Source of the DNA: Candidatus Heimdallarchaeota archaeon
GTDB taxonomy: Archaea > Asgardarchaeota > Heimdallarchaeia > Heimdallarchaeales > Heimdallarchaeaceae
Length of the DNA: 64,000 nt
Reading direction: 5' to 3'
NCBI GenBank assembly: GCA_030603365.1
Contig: JAUVXV010000001.1
Location: 128,001 to 192,000, forward strand
In this document: one piece after another, positions 57,385 to 64,000 of the stretch
How positions within the stretch are numbered: the first letter of the stretch is position 1
Layout: every line of letters begins with the position of its first letter
Program-made: the position numbers and the translations under genes
Notes under the pieces: generated by a model
Seen by the model: only the letters and a program-made list of their open reading frames with translations
Databases searched by the model: none
What the model was told of the DNA's origin: nothing

Positions 57385-58602
57385 ATGAATTACGCGATTA
57401 AGAATGGGAAAATTTACACAGTAAATAAAAATGAAACTGTAATTGATAAAGGAACTATCCTGATTAAAGACGGGAAAATTGAAAATATAAATGAAGGAGA
57501 CTCCACAATACCTGAAGGTTATGAAGTAATTGAAGCAGAAGGAAAATATGTTTTTCCTGGTTTTATAGATACTCATACTCACCAAGGTCTTTTTGATGGT
57601 AGTATAGGTTGGGCTGGATTTGATGGAAATGAAATGACTGATCCAACAACTGCCTATGTAAGAGCACTAGATGCAATCAATCCTGAGGATCCTGGGCTTG
57701 AGGAAGCTAGAATGGGTGGTGTAACAACGATTCAAACAGGTCCTGGAAGTGGAAATGTCATCGGTGGAACTGATACAATAATTAAAACATTTAGTAAAAG
57801 CAAAATATTAGACGAAATGATTGTTAAAACACCTTCTTCAATGAAAGCTGCTCTGGGAGAAAATCCTAAGAGAGTGTATGGAACTGACAAAAAGCAACCC
57901 TCTACACGTATGGGTACTGCAGCAATATTTCGTAAAGCATTTGTTGATGCCCAGAACTACGAGAAGAAATGGAAAGATTATGAAAATAAAAAGAAATACG
58001 CAGAAGAAAAAAATGAATTAGATAAGATACCTTCTGAACCTGAAAGAGATATTGGTAAAGAAGTGTTAGTTAAAGTGCTAAACAAAGAAATTCCTTTGAA
58101 TTTCCATTGTCATCAAGCTAATGATATTCAAACCGCCATTCGTTTGTCAGAAGAATTTGATATTGATCTTATGCTTGTTCATGCTACTGAAGGACACAAG
58201 ATTGCTGATTACATAGCAAAGAAAGGTGTTCCTGTTTCTGTTGGTCCCTCTCTTGTAGGTTTCGAAAAAGTAGAGCTTCGCAATATATCTTTTGAGACAC
58301 CTGCAATTCTTTGGAAAGCTGGTGTTAAGATTTCAATTCAAAGTGATTCTTTTACTCGATTAAAGCATTTCCAAGTTTTACCTTGTATGGCAATAAAATA
58401 TGGTCTTCCTGTTAATGAGGCACTTAAGGCTATAACAATTAATGCTGCAGAGATGATAGGTGTTGGAGATCGTTTAGGTAGTATTGAAGTAGGTAAGGAT
58501 GCCGATATTGTAATTTGGTCAAAACACCCATTAGAAGACTTCTATGCTGAAAATCAAATCACTCTCATAAATGGTGAAATCGCACATAAGAAAGAAGAAT
58601 AG
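57385..58602 (+). CDS. Amidohydrolase (imidazolonepropionase-like)
   Basis: PGFIDTHTH, KAALGENP, FHCH, GSIEVGKDAD. Confidence 0.9.
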   Translation: MNYAIKNGKIYTVNKNETVIDKGTILIKDGKIENINEGDSTIPEGYEVIEAEGKYVFPGFIDTHTHQGLFDGSIGWAGFDGNEMTDPTTAYVRALDAINPEDPGLEEARMGGVTTIQTGPGSGNVIGGTDTIIKTFSKSKILDEMIVKTPSSMKAALGENPKRVYGTDKKQPSTRMGTAAIFRKAFVDAQNYEKKWKDYENKKKYAEEKNELDKIPSEPERDIGKEVLVKVLNKEIPLNFHCHQANDIQTAIRLSEEFDIDLMLVHATEGHKIADYIAKKGVPVSVGPSLVGFEKVELRNISFETPAILWKAGVKISIQSDSFTRLKHFQVLPCMAIKYGLPVNEALKAITINAAEMIGVGDRLGSIEVGKDADIVIWSKHPLEDFYAENQITLINGEIAHKKEE

Positions 58603-58684
58603 GACTGTTTCTTCTTTCTCCAACTTTCTTTTTTTCCTTTAAATTTAATGAAAAAACAGCAATTAAGTTTTATTACAGAACAAA

Positions 58685-59038
58685 TTAAAATCTTTCATAA
58701 TATCCGGGTTTTCTATGCTCACCAAAGGATTCCAGTCCTTCATCCTTAAGTTGTCTTTTTAGTTCTTTTGCATAATCTTCGGTAATATCTCCCTTGTTAA
58801 ACATATACTCAATTATTTCAAATGCCTCGTCTTCCGTAGAGCAACGGCAAATGAAATCTATTGCACTTGGAGTATGACCTTTAAATTTTCTCAATAATTT
58901 TGAACCAGTAGTAGTTCTTATTTCTTCTTCCTCTAGTATCTGTTCTCCTTCTGACAATTCTTTAATAATTGATGGAAAATGTTCTCGGAAGTTGTCTTCG
59001 TTATCTTCTGATTCTATAGGCTGTTTCTTTTTTCCCAT
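58685..59038 (-). CDS. DUF2095 family protein
   Basis: P.AIDFI.RC.T.DEA.EII.Y....GDI, SFG..R.PGYY. Confidence 0.8.
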   Translation of the reverse strand: MGKKKQPIESEDNEDNFREHFPSIIKELSEGEQILEEEEIRTTTGSKLLRKFKGHTPSAIDFICRCSTEDEAFEIIEYMFNKGDITEDYAKELKRQLKDEGLESFGEHRKPGYYERF

Positions 59039-59151
59039 GAGGTTCTTCTGAATTATTCCCTAAAAAAGATTAGGTTTTCATAGCAATATAAGTAGTAAAG
59101 AATCAGTTTGTATCCAAAAAGTCTTTATTTCTGAACTCCACCTACGCACTG

Positions 59152-60351
59152 ATGTTAGTAGGAATAGTGGGTAAACCAAGTTGTGGCAAGAGTACTTTTC
59201 TTAATGCTTTGACAATGGTAAATGCAAAAGTTGGTGATTACCCTTTTACAACAACAAAACCAAATCGAGGTACAGCTTACGTTAGCAGTCCTTGTGTGTG
59301 TAAGAAATACGATGTTATAGATAATCCAAAGAACTCTCTATGTGAAGATGGAATACGTTATCTTCCAATTAGTTTTTTAGATGTCGCTGGACTAGTTCCA
59401 GGGGCTTCAGAAGGTAGAGGGATGGGGAATCAATTTCTCGATGATTTACGGCAAGCTGATGTTCTAATTCATGTCATAGACGCCAGTGGTTCTCTTGATG
59501 CAGAAGGTAATCAAATAGATAAAGGCAGTTGGGATCCTTTGAAAGATGTTAGTTTTCTAGAGGAAGAAATAGATGCTTGGATTAAATCTATAATCATGCG
59601 AGACTATGTAGCAATGATGAAAAAAGCAGCAGCAGAAAAACTTCGCTTTTCTGTTTTATTACATGACAAACTAACTGGGCTAGCAATTAAGAAACATCTG
59701 ATTGAAGCATCGATACGAGAAGTAGGAATTATTGATGATGATTTCAATACTTGGGATGAGAATATTGATGCTCTCATAACAACCATTCGAAGAAAATCTA
59801 AACCCATTGTTATTGTAGCGAATAAAATCGATCAACCTACTTCAGAAGAGCATTTTACAAAACTACAAGACAAACTCGATATCACTGTGTTTCCAGTCTC
59901 TGCTTTAGCAGAAGTTTTTCTGAGAACTGAACAAGAAGCTCACACAATCAAATACAAACAGGGTGATTCAGACTTCACTATAATTGATGATGATAATTTA
60001 GGAGATAGTAAAAAACAGCTTCTTAAGAAAATAAAAACTGATTTGTTGGATAAATATGGATCAACAGGAGTTCAAGATGTTTTATCAAATGTAGTATTCG
60101 ATTTACTTAATATGATTGTAGTTTATCCTGTTGAAGATGTTTCAAAACTTTCGGATAAATCAGGAAACATTCTGCCTGATGCATATTTGGTTCCTAAAGG
60201 TACAACAGCCATTGAATTAGCAGGAAAAGTACATACAGATTTTGCAAAAAATTTCATACATGGTACATTAGCTCCATCAGGAAGACGAGTAGGAGCAGAT
60301 TATGAACTTCAAAATGATGATATAATAAAAATAGTCTCTGCTGCCAAATAA
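59152..60351 (+). CDS. ychF: YchF/Obg-family GTPase/ATPase, archaeal type
   Basis: GKPSCGKST, YPFTT, DVAGLV, NKID, TGS domain. Confidence 0.92.
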   Translation: MLVGIVGKPSCGKSTFLNALTMVNAKVGDYPFTTTKPNRGTAYVSSPCVCKKYDVIDNPKNSLCEDGIRYLPISFLDVAGLVPGASEGRGMGNQFLDDLRQADVLIHVIDASGSLDAEGNQIDKGSWDPLKDVSFLEEEIDAWIKSIIMRDYVAMMKKAAAEKLRFSVLLHDKLTGLAIKKHLIEASIREVGIIDDDFNTWDENIDALITTIRRKSKPIVIVANKIDQPTSEEHFTKLQDKLDITVFPVSALAEVFLRTEQEAHTIKYKQGDSDFTIIDDDNLGDSKKQLLKKIKTDLLDKYGSTGVQDVLSNVVFDLLNMIVVYPVEDVSKLSDKSGNILPDAYLVPKGTTAIELAGKVHTDFAKNFIHGTLAPSGRRVGADYELQNDDIIKIVSAAK

Positions 60352-60395
60352 AGCACTACAAAGAATAAAAAAAAAGTAGATAATTGAGACTTAAA

Positions 60396-61037
60396 TTATG
60401 TTACAGCTGAAACTGTCTTAGTTTTAGTTTCTGGTAATAGTAGAACTTTGCTTTTTCTAACTTCTACAAGAACTGTTGGGAAGATTTTTGTTACTTCTGC
60501 CTTTAATTCAGAAGCAATCTCTCCATTTACCATATTACGTGCATATTCAACAAAAGATTGCTCTCTAGCTCTAGCTCTGACTATATCAACAATTGTTTTT
60601 CTAACTACTTTCTGTGTGCTTGTTCCACATCTCATTGGAGTGATAACAATAGATGAAACTCTTAATCTTGCTTTATCCTTTGTAATAACATTTTGAATTG
60701 CTTCTATCTTCGTACGATTTCTTCTGATTTGAGATCTGATCTGTTCCTTAGCAATTTCATGACCATCAAATTCGGTCCCGCAAATATTGCCCACAACATT
60801 TGTAATACGAAATCGTATTTTTAGATTAATATCATAGAAAATATCATCGGCAACTCCAAGTCTAGCCATCTCTATAACTCTACCATATAGTTTTTCTGGC
60901 TCGCTTGCCGGAGTTTGTCCTAAGGATTTCTCAACAATGTAATTTGCTGCGTTTACCTCATACCAGGATTTTTCTTTCCATTTATCTACAACTTTAGTTT
61001 TTCCTTTAGTTTTTCTGGTTGGTCTTCGAGATGACAA
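60396..61037 (-). CDS. rps3ae: 30S ribosomal protein eS1 (S3Ae)
   Basis: DKWK.K.WY.V.A, GR..E, T.F.GH, IFP...VE.RK. Confidence 0.92.
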   Translation of the reverse strand: MSSRRPTRKTKGKTKVVDKWKEKSWYEVNAANYIVEKSLGQTPASEPEKLYGRVIEMARLGVADDIFYDINLKIRFRITNVVGNICGTEFDGHEIAKEQIRSQIRRNRTKIEAIQNVITKDKARLRVSSIVITPMRCGTSTQKVVRKTIVDIVRARAREQSFVEYARNMVNGEIASELKAEVTKIFPTVLVEVRKSKVLLLPETKTKTVSAVT

Positions 61038-61139
61038 AGGTTATACCTCAATTATGTTGTTTTCCTTCTTCTTTAATCGAGTTTTAAATATTATGTTTGG
61101 ATAGAATTTGGGATAAAGAGATTTTTGAGTATATTTATA

Positions 61140-61406
61140 TCAGTTTTTCTTTCTTTTTACAGTTTTGTATATGCTTTCGCTAGTACTAATGGTATTAATT
61201 ATATCATCTACAGTTTTTCTAATGGTAGGTAAAGGAGAAGAAGAAGATAGTTTTATGGTTAATATACGATTTTCAAGTATCATTTCTATATTACTTTTAT
61301 CATCAAGTTGACTGTTTTCTGGTTCCAATGATTTTGAGATAATTTCTGCAAAATTCTCATCTGAGCATTCTATAGATATTGTGATGATAACTGATTCTGA
61401 TGGCAT
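61140..61406 (-). CDS. pcc1: KEOPS complex subunit Pcc1
   Basis: A.II.KSL.PE...L.I.......R...; conserved rps15-GAN-pcc1-rps3ae order. Confidence 0.75.
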   Translation of the reverse strand: MPSESVIITISIECSDENFAEIISKSLEPENSQLDDKSNIEMILENRILTIKLSSSSPLPTIRKTVDDIINTISTSESIYKTVKRKKN

Positions 61407-61424
61407 TTGGAAAACCTTGTGTGT

Positions 61425-62921
61425 TTAATCCTTTATTGTATTTTTCCCTTTGTGATGATAAGCCAAAACCTTATCCAATTCATTAAGAACAGGTTCTAAT
61501 TCTTCTTCTTTAATAGTTGTGTGAAAGAATTCAATGTCTCCTTTGATTACCGATTCTTTAATAATTTCATCCTTTCTAAAATCCTGAAAAATTTGAAAAG
61601 ATAAGTAACCCTTTTTCATGTGGACAGGGGAATCATGGACAAAAAGATAGTTCTCATTATTTTCATTGATTAGTAGAATAAGGGGTTTGTCGATTGGTAT
61701 AATATTACTTTCAACTAGCGCTTTTACTACTAGTGGAGCTGATTCCAAATCAAAAAAATCTTGATTACGGATCAACCGGTAGTATTTCTGATCCTCTGTA
61801 ATATCTGGGTTTTGAATAATCTCTTGAATGATAGTGGTAGCTTTGCCATGATAATTACTTAATTCTCTTAGAAGTTTATCAAATAAGTTTGTTCTATCTC
61901 CAAGAACAACTGCAAGCGCTAAACCGTATTTGTGTAATTGTATTGCACCCTCAAGTAACCATAGATATTCTTCAATATTTCGAGTTTGATTCTTTTTGGT
62001 TTCAGTTTCTAAAATGTAAATTGGTCCTATTAATTTCGAGATTTCTGTTAACGGTTGACCCTTTTCTCCCATTAAAAGGGAAATCAACCCATCATTCAAT
62101 TTTTTGGTTTCTTCTGATGTAAGAGAGGAAATTGTTCTATAATTACCTTCATCGTCTTCCATCAATATCCCTAATTTTGAGATAAAAGATGTGCACTCAC
62201 TCTTATTACCTGTTAATCCTGGAAAAAATGGGTTGGTTGAATATTGTAGTGCTAAATGAAGGGGCTGACTTTCTCTTCCTGGAATTCTTGTTCCCGTTGT
62301 CTCTTTTAGAATGTGATTTTCCTTACCTTCCTTCAGAATGATTCGGTTGATTCCAATTAATTTCTGATTTTTTGGATTTATCTGTTTTCTTGCTAAACCA
62401 CCTAATATTGCCAATCCTGCAAATTTGTAGTAATTCTCGTTGAAACTACTAGCTATAAGATATGCCAAACCAGAATTCGATAATAAATTACTTGATAGAT
62501 CAAAAGATTTCAATGACAAAATTTGAATGTCTTCCCAAGGAATTTTAATTCGTTTATCTAATATAAAATCGTGATTAATTAGAATGATATTCTTTTCTTC
62601 ATCTTTCATTAGTTTATTTGGTAATTCTTTGGATTCATAGCCTATAAAGATAAAAGTTGAATAATTAAAATTCTTAATTCTATCTTCTATATTTGCTGAG
62701 TTATCAGTTAGAATAGCATGACAGCCCATATCTAGTTTTCTTAAGCAAGATATGAGAATACCTGTAGCTCCTATATTATCTGGATGAGCTTTCGCTATAA
62801 TAACAATATTATCCTCACTATTTCTCAGAAATTCTGCTATTTTAGCTGATTCTTCTTTAAGTTTAGAATATTTTTCGAAAGGAACTTCAGATTTTGACAT
62901 TAGATTTTCACTATTATACAA
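61425..62921 (-). CDS. RecJ/DHH-family GAN (Cdc45 homolog) with degenerate catalytic motifs
   Basis: GINR.IL.EG, GRE..PL..AL.YS..PF.PGLTG; conserved neighbourhood; DADG and DHH motifs replaced. Confidence 0.75.
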   Translation of the reverse strand: MYNSENLMSKSEVPFEKYSKLKEESAKIAEFLRNSEDNIVIIAKAHPDNIGATGILISCLRKLDMGCHAILTDNSANIEDRIKNFNYSTFIFIGYESKELPNKLMKDEEKNIILINHDFILDKRIKIPWEDIQILSLKSFDLSSNLLSNSGLAYLIASSFNENYYKFAGLAILGGLARKQINPKNQKLIGINRIILKEGKENHILKETTGTRIPGRESQPLHLALQYSTNPFFPGLTGNKSECTSFISKLGILMEDDEGNYRTISSLTSEETKKLNDGLISLLMGEKGQPLTEISKLIGPIYILETETKKNQTRNIEEYLWLLEGAIQLHKYGLALAVVLGDRTNLFDKLLRELSNYHGKATTIIQEIIQNPDITEDQKYYRLIRNQDFFDLESAPLVVKALVESNIIPIDKPLILLINENNENYLFVHDSPVHMKKGYLSFQIFQDFRKDEIIKESVIKGDIEFFHTTIKEEELEPVLNELDKVLAYHHKGKNTIKD

Positions 62922-62958
62922 TATAAATGGAAGCTAAAAAATAAAAGAATATCGTATC

Positions 62959-63411
62959 TTATAAAAGAAGACCAGCAGTTTTGGGGTCATATTTCCAATT
63001 TGTTGGAAAGATACCTTTCCTTTTGTAATACTTGGCTAAACGTCTGATTTTAGCCTCTATTAGCTGTAAACCTCGTTTACTATGAAGGTCTTTTCTGTTA
63101 TCCTCTAAATGCCTTCGAAGGCTTGAAGCTTTTCTAACCAGATTTACTAGGTCTTCAGGATATTTTGGTTTTAAATCCAGTTCTTCAACTATTTTGGAAA
63201 CCTTTATTCCTAAGACTTCTTTTAGATTTGGAATTCCATATTGATCACGAAGGATAACTCCAATCATAGCAGTTGATTGACCTTGTCTTCTCATTTCTTC
63301 TATCTTCTTTGTTATAAACTTCTTATCATGAACCATCCATTCTGGAGCTTGATTCCTATATGGTCTAGTTGAACTAGCTTGACCTTTTCTTCTTGCATGT
63401 ATTCTTGCCAT
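62959..63411 (-). CDS. rps15: 30S ribosomal protein uS15 (S15P/S13e)
   Basis: MARIHARRKG, ILRDQYG, PEDL, IEAKIRRL.KYYK. Confidence 0.96.
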   Translation of the reverse strand: MARIHARRKGQASSTRPYRNQAPEWMVHDKKFITKKIEEMRRQGQSTAMIGVILRDQYGIPNLKEVLGIKVSKIVEELDLKPKYPEDLVNLVRKASSLRRHLEDNRKDLHSKRGLQLIEAKIRRLAKYYKRKGIFPTNWKYDPKTAGLLL

Positions 63412-63432
63412 TTGTTACACCAGTTTAATGTT

Positions 63433-63999
63433 TTAAGCGAAGGCGGTTAATGAGGTGAATAATTCTCGAAGTGACTTTTGGCGGTGAGAATATAAATTCT
63501 TGGTTGTAAGTGTCATTTCAGCGAAAGTTTCATCACATTCACTTGGTTTAAAAATAGGGTCAAAACCAAAACCATCATGTCCTTGTTTTGAATCTGTGAT
63601 TTTTCCTTTTGTTATTCCTTTATATAATTTTATTTCATTATTTGCATAAAATGCTATAACTGATTTAAAAAAAGCTGTTCTATTTTCTTTGTTCTCCATA
63701 AGCTTCAGAATACCATCATTTCCTATTGTTTTATAGACATACGATGAGTATGGTCCAGGGAATCTATTTAATGAATCAATAAACAAACCAGCATCTTCAA
63801 GGAAGAAAACTAGGTTTGCAAGAGTTAGGTCTTTTTCCAAGATCTTGATACAACTCTTCTCAGCTATAATTTCTAATGTATCTCCTTGAGGTTCTTCATA
63901 TTCAATATTCTTCCAATTCATTGTTAAACTGAAGTTATTTGCTAGTTCTGAAGCTTCTTCAAATTTGGATGAGTTATGTGTAATAAAATAAATTTCCAT
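63433..63999 (-). CDS. rdgB: XTP/dITP diphosphatase (Ham1/RdgB)
   Basis: T.N..KF.E, EDAGL, FPGPYS, GFGFDPIF, KN..SHR. Confidence 0.93.
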   Translation of the reverse strand: MEIYFITHNSSKFEEASELANNFSLTMNWKNIEYEEPQGDTLEIIAEKSCIKILEKDLTLANLVFFLEDAGLFIDSLNRFPGPYSSYVYKTIGNDGILKLMENKENRTAFFKSVIAFYANNEIKLYKGITKGKITDSKQGHDGFGFDPIFKPSECDETFAEMTLTTKNLYSHRQKSLRELFTSLTAFA

Positions 64000-64000
64000 T

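Noticed and set aside
1-64000. Numerous 60-150 aa antisense or overlapping ORFs in the track
   Set aside because: Shadow frames of well-supported genes, with no motifs
1-64000. tRNA, rRNA, CRISPR arrays, transposases, selenoprotein readthrough
   Set aside because: No cloverleaf, GC-rich structural RNA, repeat-spacer array, transposase motif or in-frame TGA split gene recognised by eye; tRNAscan/Infernal not run

Overview
AT-rich, gene-dense archaeal chromosome segment, most likely an Asgard archaeon (Heimdallarchaeia-like; inferred, not proven). Archaeal core genes (aIF2-gamma, rpo7/spt4, eS24, eS31, uS15, eS1, radA, PolB1-type polymerase, TyrRS, tpiA, Pcc1) are mixed with eukaryotic-signature-type genes: a ubiquitin E2, two Rab-like GTPases, a Roadblock protein, a gelsolin-domain protein and a probable TRAP-beta homolog. 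The left end (1-5.8 kb) is an accessory/defence-like islet (TM-NTPase-TPR, YaaC-like, HEPN-motif, minimal nucleotidyltransferase) punctuated by a degenerate ~45 bp repeat. There is a complete preQ0 (que) cluster. A 7-gene tricarboxylate operon combines an ATP-citrate-lyase-type pair, two aconitase-family hydro-lyases, an NADP-type (homo)isocitrate dehydrogenase and an HD protein. Best candidates for something undescribed: (1) this operon, possibly a homocitrate-cleaving or reductive pathway with one active-site-altered aconitase; (2) an unannotated 54-aa ORF ending in GGY directly upstream of the E2; (3) an unannotated ~70-nt double-kink-turn RNA with its own TATA box; (4) a Roadblock / pseudo-KaiC / coiled-coil-wHTH operon convergent on a Rab-like GTPase. 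Several apparent pseudoenzymes are present (Nif3, CobA, KaiC, GAN/Cdc45). No rRNA, tRNA, CRISPR array, transposase or integrase was recognised. All assignments come from motif recognition by eye; no searches were run.
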